DNA from: a virus
Lineage: Duplodnaviria > Caudoviricetes
Length of the DNA: 64,000 nt
Virus record (IMG/VR): IMGVR_UViG_3300021060_000040
Span: 1 to 64,000 of that record
Strand: one strand, 5' to 3'
Made by a program: the position numbers and the translations under genes. Positions 8,089 to 18,383 of this stretch are shown piece by piece. The notes under the pieces were generated by a model that was not told the DNA's origin, did no database searches, and was given only the letters and a program-made list of their open reading frames with translations. Position 1 is the stretch's first letter; every line of letters starts with the position of its first letter.

Positions 8089-8318
8089 GCCGCCCTCGGG
8101 GGCGCGAAACGCATCCGGCCGATCGCGTAGGCGAACCCGTCCACCTCATCGTGCTCGATGCGGCTCTCCAGGTGGGCGTAGCCCCGGGCGCGGTTGCGCT
8201 CGATCGTCCGCGTCATCCGCAGCCGCAGCTCGTGGTCGACGACGTGGGCCGCGTGCTGCTGCGCCGGCCGGGCGCTGGCGACGCCGAGGTAGGTTCGGTC
8301 GAAGCTGAGCGCGCTCAT
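8085..8318 (-). CDS. Hypothetical protein
   Basis: ATGA-coupled small ORF. Confidence 0.6.
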   Translation of the reverse strand: MSALSFDRTYLGVASARPAQQHAAHVVDHELRLRMTRTIERNRARGYAHLESRIEHDEVDGFAYAIGRMRFAPPRAA

Positions 8319-8542
8319 GCTTGGCCCTCGACGTGGGTAGAGCGCTTCATGATGCGCTGGATCTGCTGCAGCTCCTCAAGGGAGCGCTCGCCCAGGGCCC
8401 GCGAATTCCAGATCCATCCCAGATCGGACTGAACGCCGAGGCCGGCGCGGGTGAAGGCGTCGCGGACGCTGCTGGGCGGGCTCTCCGGCTGGATCTCGGC
8501 GATCACCGGCGCCTTCGGGTTCGGCTTGATCACGGCCGGCAT
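8315..8542 (-). CDS. Hypothetical protein
   Basis: Overlapping-operon ORF. Confidence 0.55.
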   Translation of the reverse strand: MPAVIKPNPKAPVIAEIQPESPPSSVRDAFTRAGLGVQSDLGWIWNSRALGERSLEELQQIQRIMKRSTHVEGQA

Positions 8543-8763
8543 GTGCAGGGATTCCAGCGTTGGATGGCCATCTCGAAGAAGAGCTTCGCGGCCGCATCAG
8601 GCTCGAGGCCTCCGGTGTAGCTCACGGTCTTGGTTTCGGGATCGAGGACGATCTCGGCGTGTTCGCCGTCAGGCGCCTGGACGCGGATCGTGAAACTCTG
8701 CGGCCGCGACCAGCGGACGACGGTCTCGCTCGGCACGATGTTAGTATAATCGACGGCGCTCAT
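8530..8763 (-). CDS. Hypothetical protein
   Basis: MSAVDYTNIV...; RBS-like GAGA. Confidence 0.6.
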   Translation of the reverse strand: MSAVDYTNIVPSETVVRWSRPQSFTIRVQAPDGEHAEIVLDPETKTVSYTGGLEPDAAAKLFFEMAIQRWNPCTCRP

Positions 8764-8771
8764 GTTGATCT

Positions 8772-9029
8772 CTAGTTCTCCGCGGAGCGGAGTCGCTGAA
8801 CTGCGATGTCCATCAGCCGGCTGTTGGCCAGCTGCAGTTCGATTTGCAGGGCGGAGCGCGCGTCCTCGAGCTCGCGGAGGCGCTGGCTGGCCCGCTCGAG
8901 CACGCCCGATGTCGTGTACCAACCTGCGGCGTACATCTTGCTCGCGCGGATTTCGCAGCGGCGGGCCAGATCCATGGAGCCCTCCCTATTGATTGCTTTT
9001 GGAAATTTCGCGGAGATAGGCTGATTCAA
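8772..9029 (-). CDS. Hypothetical coiled-coil protein (start uncertain)
   Basis: Heptad pattern; GGGAGG before the internal ATG. Confidence 0.55.
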   Translation of the reverse strand: MNQPISAKFPKAINREGSMDLARRCEIRASKMYAAGWYTTSGVLERASQRLRELEDARSALQIELQLANSRLMDIAVQRLRSAEN

Positions 9030-9416
9030 ACAGGCCCCGCCCTTTCCAACAGGGGGGTGGGGGTCGTTTTCATACGCCGCGGCGGTCGGCGCCGCTCGGC
9101 GTCAGCGGATCGCAGGGATCTCGCAAGCTCTTGTATTTTAGGGAAAAATGGGTCTTTTAGGGGTCGGGAAAATACGCGCCTTACCCCACCCTACCCCCTT
9201 GACAGTGATAAAAAGACCACACCTGTTGAATTGATGCAACAGTGTGCCCATTTTGCACCTATATGCAAGGGATGTGCCAGTGACAGACCGCGGGTTCTGT
9301 CAGGTGCGCAGATGTCACAGTGTGGCAATAATGTTTTACTTGATTGGCGCAGACTTATACTTGACGAATGCTTCGGATTGCTTTAGTGTTGACTCGTGGT
9401 GTTGAGGACTACTGCC

Positions 9417-9749
9417 ATGAGCCTGCATCTCGAAGCTAAAGCGAACGAACAACTCGCAGCATTACTTGCAGAACGTCTTGTGCAAGCGATGCAAGGCGCC
9501 GCGACTCCCCAGGATACAGACACCGCAGACGCTGCGATTGCCGACCTGGAACATGCATTGAATGCTGCGCTGATAGGGGAAACCCCAAAGCCAAACAGCC
9601 CGCCGCTTGCGCTGCGCGGCCCCGTGGCGGGCAATAGCCCTTTGGCCGCTGTAACCCTGCGGATTTCAACCGTCGCCCACTGGCGGGCCGTTTCCGCCCG
9701 CGCAAAGGCACATGCGCTTATTTGCGCGATTTCAAGCAAACGGCATTGA
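9417..9749 (+). CDS. Possible hypothetical protein
   Basis: GAGGA RBS then MSLHLEAKANEQ; atypical codon usage. Confidence 0.35.
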   Translation: MSLHLEAKANEQLAALLAERLVQAMQGAATPQDTDTADAAIADLEHALNAALIGETPKPNSPPLALRGPVAGNSPLAAVTLRISTVAHWRAVSARAKAHALICAISSKRH

Positions 9750-9914
9750 CTCCCCGTACGGCATGCCTTACTTAGGGGTCAGGCGATGCCACTGGCACCG
9801 CTGGCCGAAACCCCCTCTCGGGGGGGCCGGCGGAGCTATGCCCGAAACCGGGTTTCTTCGGGGACACTCCCCGAAAACACCCAAGCCGAAGCAACCTAAA
9901 CCGGACTACAGACG

Positions 9915-10847
9915 ATGACCACGCAACTTGCTCTTATGGGTTCCACGGCCCTCGCACTCGCCGATATCGAGATTGATGCGGAGGAGGCCGCGCAGAACGC
10001 CTTCGCAGACGAAGGCACCAAGGTAGCGGACAGTCTCCAGTCCCGCGCCGCGAAAGCCTCGCTTCACGCCCTCGCCAAAACCGACGCATGGTCTCGCAAG
10101 GCCGCTCTGAGCCTTGGGCTCACGCTCTGCGCAGAGCAAATCCGGGAAACGCTCACCGGGATGGAATACGGCGCGGAAAAGGATGCGTTCGTATTCCGCA
10201 AGGTGGTTCTATTCCCGGCCGCGCTGGCCGGCGCCATGATCTTCGAAAACACGGAAACGGAAGTAGCCGCGATCCGGGCTGCTAAGCCCAACTCGGACGA
10301 ACGCAAGGCGTTGGCGCGGGCCTACATCATGCGCAAGCAAACCAAAGATACGGGTCTCGTTTCCAGCTTCAAGACGCAACGCACGGTCGGTTTCCGGCTG
10401 GCGGCTTGGGTCCGGCTCAATGCCAAGGCGAAGCTAATCAATGTCGCCCGGCTCTCAATGTCGAGCCTCGATAAGGCCGAAGAAGCGTGGGACGTTCTCG
10501 TTTCCGAGAATTTCGGGAACACGTTCGATCGGATGGCGTCCAAGCTCAAGGCGTGGGACGACGCTCGCAAGCCGGCCAAGGCGCCGCGGTCCGGCAAGGG
10601 CGAAAGCGTCAAGGGCGACACGGTGGACGCGGCCGAACGGGCGGCACAAGATGCGGCCCATGCCCGGCGCGATCCGGTTGCCGCGATCATGGCGCAGGTG
10701 GAAGCCTTAGACGGCACGCAACTCGCCAGCTTGTTGCACCGGCTCAAGGCGCATTGCGCCGACCGCGAGACGGATGCGGCCGAAGCGGCCCCGGCGGAAG
10801 CGGCGCCCGCCGTCATCGCCCTCCTACCGCCCGCCAAGGCCGCATGA
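9915..10847 (+). CDS. Hypothetical protein, first gene of the rightward array
   Basis: 310-aa ORF; upstream TTGACT-N17-TACTTA at about 9746; ends KAA. Confidence 0.75.
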   Translation: MTTQLALMGSTALALADIEIDAEEAAQNAFADEGTKVADSLQSRAAKASLHALAKTDAWSRKAALSLGLTLCAEQIRETLTGMEYGAEKDAFVFRKVVLFPAALAGAMIFENTETEVAAIRAAKPNSDERKALARAYIMRKQTKDTGLVSSFKTQRTVGFRLAAWVRLNAKAKLINVARLSMSSLDKAEEAWDVLVSENFGNTFDRMASKLKAWDDARKPAKAPRSGKGESVKGDTVDAAERAAQDAAHARRDPVAAIMAQVEALDGTQLASLLHRLKAHCADRETDAAEAAPAEAAPAVIALLPPAKAA

Positions 10848-11127
10848 CGGGCCGCGCGATAGCCTGATCGGTCTCGATCCCTATCACTCCCCGGGTTCTC
10901 GCCCGGGGGGTCTCTTTGCGCGTTGAGTCAAACAGGCACCACACGCGCCAGGATCTCGGAATTCCGATTTCAGCCCCTGTAAGGCGCCGCTGGCACCCTC
11001 CATTGCCACGAATTTTCGGCTGCCGAACCGCTCAATCAACCTGAGCGAGCCAGGTCTCGGGTATAAACCCGGGAAATCGGGATCCCCAGGCCCTCCGAAG
11101 GCCCATTCTCGCAACCTGAGGTCCAAA

Positions 11128-11391
11128 ATGTTTCAGGATGGGGTCAGTCTCGACACCGCGTTCGCCGATGCGGACGATTTCACCACTCGCGAGGCGGCCT
11201 ATAACGCGGCCATCATCGCCCAGAACAACGCCTATCGGGACCGCACGGGCATGTCGCCGGTGTCTCGGGAGCCGAAGAGCATCTATGCCGCCCCAGCGCG
11301 CCCGAAACTGCCGCCCGGCCTGAAGCAGACGGCCTGGAAGGCGCCGACACCCCGCTATGCCCGGTCCTGCAAGCGCTTCTCCGAGCGCTGA
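11128..11391 (+). CDS. Hypothetical protein
   Basis: GAGG RBS, 87 aa. Confidence 0.55.
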   Translation: MFQDGVSLDTAFADADDFTTREAAYNAAIIAQNNAYRDRTGMSPVSREPKSIYAAPARPKLPPGLKQTAWKAPTPRYARSCKRFSER

Positions 11392-11409
11392 GAGCGGTCT
11401 CGGGAGCCC

Positions 11410-11472
11410 GACGCTGCCACAGGCAGTCTCGCGGACGGTCTCGTGATGGTCTGACGCTGCCACAGGCAGTCT
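11410..11472 (+). repeat. Two 20-bp palindromic direct repeats GACGCTGCCACAGGCAGTCT with 23-bp spacer
   Basis: Copies at 11410-11429 and 11453-11472; second runs into a T tract. Confidence 0.85.
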
Positions 11473-11722
11473 TTTTGTGCCGCATCACAGTCGTCGCGGC
11501 GGCCCTACCAGCATCCCTGTCCAAATCCCGGGATCATGCCCTGATCGCCCCTTACCGGCCGGGTCCTCATCGCCCTGTCCGGCCGGGTCCTGTCCGTGTC
11601 CCTGGCTCCCCTGGGTCCGGCACCATCCCTGTCTCTTGGCCCTACTGGCTGTGTCTCTCCCTCTACGGGTGGAGTTGCCTGTGCGGCCCTTCAAATTCCA
11701 CCAGCAGCAAGGAGCAATTCCC

Positions 11723-11926
11723 GTGTCGCAGCAACGCGATAAGCGCTTCAAGACCACCACGGTCCGGGTCCGTCCGTACAAGCTCGAAGCCTGGCTCAAC
11801 AAGACCATCTGGCCGTTCGAGAACGTGGTGGCGATCACACCCCTCAGCGTCGTCGCAGACGGGTTCGAGGAGGCGTCCTTCCACATCGTCATCGAGGATA
11901 CGCGGCGCCGCGGCGACCCGATCTAG
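11723..11926 (+). CDS. Hypothetical protein
   Basis: AAGGAG RBS, GTG start. Confidence 0.65.
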   Translation: MSQQRDKRFKTTTVRVRPYKLEAWLNKTIWPFENVVAITPLSVVADGFEEASFHIVIEDTRRRGDPI

Positions 11927-12039
11927 CGAGCCGCTGCGCGGCGGCAGTCACCCCATCCGCGCCCCGCCGAAAATCGGGCGCACCGAATTTCCCCATCCCC
12001 TTTTTCCGGGCCTTTGCCCGATTTTCCGGAGCCAGGAAC

Positions 12040-12237
12040 ATGAGCCAGTCCGCCAACGCACAAACCGAGAACGCAGTCCAGCATCTGACCCGTCGCCGGC
12101 AGCCGGCGATCCGGCCGGGCGCCACCATCGCCGAGGTCCTGAACGAACTGGTCTGGGTCTACGGCGCCAAGGATATCTCGATGCGCCTTTCAACCGGCGA
12201 CCGAGTTCGCGTTGAAGGCGTCAAGCAGGGCAGCTGA
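12040..12237 (+). CDS. Hypothetical protein
   Basis: AGGA RBS. Confidence 0.6.
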   Translation: MSQSANAQTENAVQHLTRRRQPAIRPGATIAEVLNELVWVYGAKDISMRLSTGDRVRVEGVKQGS

Positions 12238-12350
12238 CACGCAGGCCGGACCTCGAACGAGACCGGGATCCGGATTGACTTCACCACCAAAGTCCGCAAA
12301 ATGCGGACATAGCCGAGGGGTTGTCCCCGGCATATGAGGGAAAGACCCCT

Positions 12351-12578
12351 ATGGCAGATGCTGCAACCATGGATGACGGACAGGAGCGCGAAGCCCGGAT
12401 CGAGCGCATGCTCGCGGAAACGCGCAAGTTCGTCGAAGAGGGCCTGAAGCTCCAGGCCGAAGCCCGGAAGCTGAACCGGGATGCGTCTATCGCCCCCTGG
12501 CAAGCCACGTTCGCCGGCTTCGGCGCTGGTGCCGCCCTGGTCGGCGCGACCGTCGCCGCAATCAAGCTGTTCGGATGA
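12351..12578 (+). CDS. Small coiled-coil protein with C-terminal TM helix
   Basis: REARIERMLAETRK... plus hydrophobic tail. Confidence 0.65.
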   Translation: MADAATMDDGQEREARIERMLAETRKFVEEGLKLQAEARKLNRDASIAPWQATFAGFGAGAALVGATVAAIKLFG

Positions 12579-12796
12579 CGCCTGATCGCCTCCGCGAGTG
12601 CCTGTCCCTGCTGCGCTGGACGCAGCGGGGCCTTGCCGAAGTCCTGGAGTGCGATGACCGCCTCGTGCGGCGGTGGGCCAGCGGGGGCGCGGAGATCCCC
12701 GCCAGCGTGGCGGCCTGGCTCGAAACCCTCCACGCCTGCCATCTATCGGCAGGGCCTCCACCCAACTGGAAACGCGGGACCAGAGCGGCCGACTGA
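12575..12796 (+). CDS. XRE-type HTH regulator
   Basis: MTPDRLRECL..WTQRGLAEVL..VRRWASG..IP. Confidence 0.8.
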   Translation: MTPDRLRECLSLLRWTQRGLAEVLECDDRLVRRWASGGAEIPASVAAWLETLHACHLSAGPPPNWKRGTRAAD

Positions 12797-13044
12797 GACG
12801 GGCGCCGGCGAGCCGTCGGCGCATCGTGGGCCGGTTCCCCTTCAGCGACACGGACAGCGATGCGGCATCCGCCTTCGATTGAGGGCGGATAGCGGATCAC
12901 TGAGTGGCTCGTATGCGCCGTTGCGGCGTCTAACGTCTCATCTGTGAGCCCCTAAGGCTCGATCCAACCCCGAAACAACCTTGTCCGGCATTCCCGGGAG
13001 CCTGCGCGGCTCGCCGGCCGGATTCCTATGCCCGGAGCACCACC

Positions 13045-14784
13045 ATGGCCTCTCTCTGCCGCCTTCACGCTCTCGATTGCGTCCTGAACGCTACTTCGCG
13101 CACCGTCACCCAGCGCGGCGAGACCCTTCTCGCCTGGGTCGATTGCCTGCTGCGGGCCGAGCATCCGTCTCCGCGGCGGATCGAGGCCTGCATCGCGGCG
13201 ATCGAGGCCGAATTCGGCATCCACGCCTGAAATCGCGGGCTTCCGTTTGCGTGATTTCACGCGAACCGCAACAGAGCTGCGCAGCCATGCTGCGCAGCTG
13301 AGATTCGTGCGTGAGCCATGCGGGCCACGCAAATCATCGGCCGACCCTTCGTCCCGTCCATCCGGTCCGCGGTGGCCAGCGCCGAGGGCCTGCGTCCTCG
13401 CGCTTGCGCGATTGCAAGCGTTATGCAAACGAAATGAGGCAAGCATGAGCGATCCGACCCTGGCCGCCATCCTCATCCTGGCGATGCCGACCACGGTGAT
13501 GAGCGCCCTCTGGCTCGTGGGCCACCAGCGGTACGGCCGGCCGGCGCCCTCTCGGGTCCGGCAGAGCGACGTCGTCATCATCCGCAAGCGCTGAGAATCG
13601 CGATGAACCTGTATCTCGGCCTCACGAGGCCCTTCGAACCCCTGCCGGTCCATCCGGCGCGCCTTACCGCGCTCGATCAGGCCTACCAGGCGATTTACGC
13701 CCTGGGCGGCACGGTCGACCCCGTCAGCCAGGAGGATGTCGAGCACGACGCCGTCGTCAGCGAGATCATCCAGTTCATCGCGGACCTGGGCGGCATGCTG
13801 CCCGCGGACCGTAAGCACTGGAGGGGCTGATGCGCGTCAACCGCTCCTTCTCCTTCCCGCTCGACGAGATCGAGGCGCGTTTCCCGCGCCTGACGTCGGC
13901 GGTCCAGTGGGCGATCATCGGCTCGCGCGACGAGGCGCGAGGCGCCCTGCGCAATCACCTGGCCGGCAACGCCTGGGCCGGCGAGGCGGTCAATCACTTC
14001 GGCGGCACTCTGGAGGCGATCCGCGCCGGCATCCGGTCGCGGCATGTCGTCCGGCGCATCCAGGGCCTCCGGCAAACCCATCCGGAAGCGAGGACCTGAC
14101 GATGCGCTGCCAGGAAATCGGCGCGAACCGCTACGGCGCGTTCATGGGCCGGCCGTTGCTCGGCAAGGACAAGTCCGTCCCGCCGGAGGCCGCGCCCTTC
14201 TCCCTGCGGCGGGTCTATCTGGACCGCGGTGGCTACGACCCGGGCGGCGCCTATTGGGGCCTGGGTGCGCCGCTCTACGAGTTCGCGGGGCCCGATCCCG
14301 AGATCTCGGGCTTCGTGCGCGGCAGGACCCGCGAGGCCGCGAAAGCCGAGGTCCGCAAATTCCATCCGTCCGCGCGGTTCTTCCGATGAACCTCAGCGAC
14401 CTGTCAGGAAAGGACTGGCACGACACCATGCTGACATTCGAGCAGATCGCGGCCCTCACGCCGCTGCGAGACCCGCGCGGCCGGACGGTCAACACCGTCC
14501 TGCACGAGCTGAACACGGCCATCGCCGGAGCGGGCGTCGAGTTCGGCGAGAGCGAATTCTCGGGGATGATGGCCCGCCTCAGCGAGATCACCACGATCGA
14601 CGATTATCGCTGGATCGACGTTGCAGCCGTCCGCGGCGGCAACGAAGGATACTACATCCACATCACGCTGGTGCCGGTCCATCACGGCAGCCAGCCGTCT
14701 CGGCTTATCTCGACGGCGAAGACGTGGACCTGGGCGTCGGCGCTGGAGATCGTGGCGGTCGCCACACGGCTGCTCGACAGCTGA
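13045..14784 (+). CDS. Run of small hypothetical genes: 13045-13230, 13445-13594, 13603-13830, 13830-14099, 14102-14389, 14386-14784
   Basis: Tightly packed, partly coupled ORFs with high GC3; 14102-14389 has LDRGGYDPGGAYWG. Confidence 0.65.
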
Positions 14785-14834
14785 ACGCGCGTCGGCCAGC
14801 GTGTCGAAGAACATACCAGAAACGTCCGGGTTTG

Positions 14835-15284
14835 TCAATCCCCACAGATAGTTACGAACCCGAACCCGAGCCGGTCCGACAACGGTCCGATCCCGTAGTC
14901 CCGGCGTAGCCCCTCGATCACCAGCTCGGCGATCCGGGCTTTGAAGTCCGCAAGCCTCTGCCGGGTGAACCCGTCCTTCGAGCGCCCAAGCAGCCCGGCG
15001 ACGTGCCGCGCCTTGGCCCCCAGCGCCACGGCCGCGGCCGCCTGCCGGACTCCGACCGGGCTCGCGCCGCGGTAACGCATGTAGCGCAGCCAGGTCATCA
15101 CCCAGCTCGCCCTGTTCCTGTCCAGGCCGTCGCCGCTCTTCATGGCCGCGACCTCGCGCTCCAGCATCGTCCAGATGACGTGCTCGGGCCGCGCCTGGGC
15201 GCCCCGATCGGACACAGTCCGCCGCGCTCCCTCGTCCAGCCAGTCGAGCACCTGGGACAGGGGCGGCCCTGCGTCCGTGTTCAT
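14835..15284 (-). CDS. Shortened paralog of the DUF6362-like regulator at 44176
   Basis: IWTML..WLRYM..RQAAAAVALG..GLRRDYGI matches 44176-44763; motif upstream on the minus strand. Confidence 0.6.
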   Translation of the reverse strand: MNTDAGPPLSQVLDWLDEGARRTVSDRGAQARPEHVIWTMLEREVAAMKSGDGLDRNRASWVMTWLRYMRYRGASPVGVRQAAAAVALGAKARHVAGLLGRSKDGFTRQRLADFKARIAELVIEGLRRDYGIGPLSDRLGFGFVTICGD

Positions 15285-15425
15285 GCCGCCGGTGTATTTG
15301 CAATCGCGCAAATGCGCAAGCGGCCCCAACCCGCCTGCCACGCCGGTAAATCCGGCTTTCTGTTTGCGTGTTTGCGTGATAGCTAACTGATACGCAAACG
15401 GCGCTCACCAACCGAGGGAGTCACC

Positions 15426-15781
15426 ATGCGCAACCGTTCCCCCAGCGAGCCGGCCGAATTCGATGGCGAACCCGAGACCCGGACGCGCGGCCGGCAGCCG
15501 TTCTCCAAGACCCGCGCCGGCCGGGATCGCCGGTCCGAACGCCGGCGCGTCCGCTCCGGCAAGTCCGGCATCTGAGAGGCGACCGCGCCATGCTCACGAT
15601 GACGCCCGAGCGAGCGCGTGAGCTGCTGGAATCGCCGAGCTATTGGCCGATCACCAGCCGGATCACCGAGGCCGAGCGGCTCTGGCTCCTCGGCCAGCTC
15701 GAACACGCCCCCGAGGACCGCACCATCCAGGACGTGCTGCGCGACGTGATCGCCAGCTCCGCCCTGGATCGAGCGGCCTGA
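15426..15781 (+). CDS. Two small hypothetical genes (15426-15575, 15590-15781)
   Basis: RBS-preceded short ORFs. Confidence 0.55.
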
Positions 15782-15830
15782 CCCGTCCGACAGCTTGCGT
15801 GAATTCGCGCATAACGCACACGAGGCAACC

Positions 15831-16343
15831 ATGGGTTACACCACCGAATTCAGCGGCCACATCCAAGTCGAGCCGCCGCTCACCGAGCACGAAGCCGCCT
15901 ACCTCACGAAGTTCGCCACGACCCGGCGCATGCAGCGGACGAACGGCCCCTACTACGTCCAGGGCACCGGGTTCATGGGCCAGGGCAGCGACCCCGACGT
16001 CACCGAATTCAACCGCCCCCCGGCCGGCCAGCCCGGACTGTGGTGCCAGTGGATCCCGTCCGAGGACCGCACCAAGATCATCTGGGACGGCGGCGAGAAG
16101 TTCTACGCGTCCGAAGAGTGGATGCGGTACATCATCGAGCACTTCCTCAAGTCCGGCGCCGCAGCCAAGACGCAAACGAGCGATGGGCAACTGTTCTTCA
16201 CCTTCGGCGACCACGTCCTCAACGGCGTGATCGAGGCGCAAGGCGAGGACAGCGAGGATCACTGGTTCCTGGCGGTGCGGAACAACCAGGTGGAGACCGT
16301 GACTGCTCTGCCCACCAGCATGAAGTTGCTGCCCGCAGCTTGA
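15831..16343 (+). CDS. Conserved phage-type hypothetical protein
   Basis: MGYTTEFSG..PGLWCQW..WDGGEKFY..EAQGED. Confidence 0.8.
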   Translation: MGYTTEFSGHIQVEPPLTEHEAAYLTKFATTRRMQRTNGPYYVQGTGFMGQGSDPDVTEFNRPPAGQPGLWCQWIPSEDRTKIIWDGGEKFYASEEWMRYIIEHFLKSGAAAKTQTSDGQLFFTFGDHVLNGVIEAQGEDSEDHWFLAVRNNQVETVTALPTSMKLLPAA

Positions 16344-16407
16344 TATCAACGGTCGTCGCGATTCAGCGACGGCCATTCATCAGCATCAAACGGAGGATCC
16401 AAGAGCC

Positions 16408-17867
16408 GTGATCAAGACCCTGAAGCCCTGGGCCTTCTGGGCCACCATGATCGTCGTCTTCAGCATCGCCCTAGACCTCTTGGAAGACCGGAAGGGCTTC
16501 CACGCGATCCATAACGAGGATCGCCTCATCGGCCACATCCTGCTCTTCGACGTGATCGGGATCGCGATCTGGGCCGTGCGCCGAAGTTTCCTGCGCCGGC
16601 CGCAGCGCTGAGCCACCACCCGCGGAATTCAAGGCCGCCGCGCCCCAGCGGCGGCCTTTCCCGCATCCACACATCGAGAGACCACACCATGACCGAGATG
16701 ATGGGCGTCACCGTGACCGCCGGCGGCAGCGTGACCCGCCAGACCTGGCGCGAGTTCATGCGCGACATGGCCGCCACCGGCTTCACCTTCGAGGTGTGCA
16801 GCGGCCACCTGCACTTCAGCGACGAGGCCAACTACGGCAACACCGACGATGTCCGGGAGGCCTGCCAGAACCACGGCATCGCGGTGCGGGCCGCCTGCGA
16901 CGCCAAATACGAGTGGAGCGGCGACGTGAAGGTCTGGTTCCCCGGCATGCCGGTGGAGCTGGAGGCGATCGCCGACCAAACCGGCGCGGCGGTGATCCCG
17001 GTCGCCGACCTTCAGCAGTGGCTCAAGGACGGCCAGACGCTCAAGGCGGTCGTCGAACGACACGAGCCCTTCATCCGGCCGATCCCGCCCATGCTGATCG
17101 ACGGCCAGCCTGTCACGGACGCCGATCTCGAAGACGCCGCCGACGACGAGGATGACGACCAGGTGGCGGCATGATGGCCCGGCGCAGGCACGTCGACATC
17201 TCCCCGCCCCGGCGCGAGGGCGGGATCCGCTCCTATCCGCGCATGCCCGCCATCGACCGCCGGCCGCCGCGGCTGGCCAGCGGCTATCGCGAGGGGGCGG
17301 TCTACCAGCCCGGGCGCGGCTGGGGCCTGCCGCTGCGCGACGACCTGATCCTGAAGCCCTGGGCGCGCGCCCTCGGCTACCGGATCCAGCACCGGCTCGG
17401 CAACTGGCACAACGAGGCCGTCTTCCACGGCCCGAATGCGCCTGTCTGGGCGGCCGCCGAAGGCTGGCAGGCCCGCGACCTGGCCGATGGCATCCATCAC
17501 GGGCCGCGCCGGGTCTACGGCGATCGGGCCCTGTCCCTCCTGACGGCGCTCATCCACGAGGCGCCGCTCCTGCTCACTCATCAACCAGAGGCCTGACATG
17601 ACCACCGAGAACGCCCCATTCGACGCCTCGAAGCTCACCGACGGCGAGCTGACGGCGTGCATCTACGAGTTGCGCAATCGAGGGGCAGCGGTTGCAGTCT
17701 ATGATGTAGCCGAGATCCTCACGATGACGGACGGCTGGTTGAACCAGCCGACGAAAGAGCAAATCGAAGCCTGGTTCGATCGTGACCACATCGAAGAGGT
17801 GATGTGCGACGCGGCTCGCGACGAGGTCGTCGACTTCATCGACAACACGCTGGACGCGGCCGCCTGA
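16408..17867 (+). CDS. Hypothetical genes 16408-16611, 16689-17174, 17171-17596, 17598-17867
   Basis: Co-oriented packed ORFs. Confidence 0.65.
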
Positions 17868-17868
17868 G

Positions 17869-18336
17869 ATGACCGCATCACCCGAAGCCATCGAGGCGCT
17901 GGCTCAACGCCTCTACGCCGCGAACACCAGCAACCCGATGATCGCCTGGGATCGGGCCTGGGACTCGCTGAAGGACGCCCACCGGGCGATGGCCCGGCTC
18001 GCGCTAAGCCCGCGGGCCATAAACCAGGATCTCGAAACCCCGCGGATGCTCGTGCTGAGCACCGGGCACGTCACCCGGGGCACGGCCCGCGATCTGGAAG
18101 ACTACTGCAACCCGGGCACGCTCGGCGAGCACCGGCCCAGGACGGTGCCGATCGCCTTCGCCAAGGGCGAGTACGGCTGGATCATCGCGATCCTGCCTGA
18201 TCGGGAAGAGGATTTCGCCCGCTGGACGGACGATCTGCTGGCGATCCGCAAGCTCGCGATCGAGGCCGGCTGCACCTGGATCATGCTCGACCGGGACGCC
18301 GATACGGTCGAGGGCCTGCCCACCTACGACTGGTAG
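17869..18336 (+). CDS. DUF5983-like protein
   Basis: LSTGHV..YGW..GC.W..LDRD...LPTYDW pattern. Confidence 0.6.
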   Translation: MTASPEAIEALAQRLYAANTSNPMIAWDRAWDSLKDAHRAMARLALSPRAINQDLETPRMLVLSTGHVTRGTARDLEDYCNPGTLGEHRPRTVPIAFAKGEYGWIIAILPDREEDFARWTDDLLAIRKLAIEAGCTWIMLDRDADTVEGLPTYDW

Positions 18337-18383
18337 CCGCTTGCTGCCTGCTCGCTTGCGCGATTTCAAACGAGGAGCACACG

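Noticed and set aside
11410-11472. CRISPR array
   Set aside because: Only two 20-nt repeats, a 23-nt spacer and no cas genes
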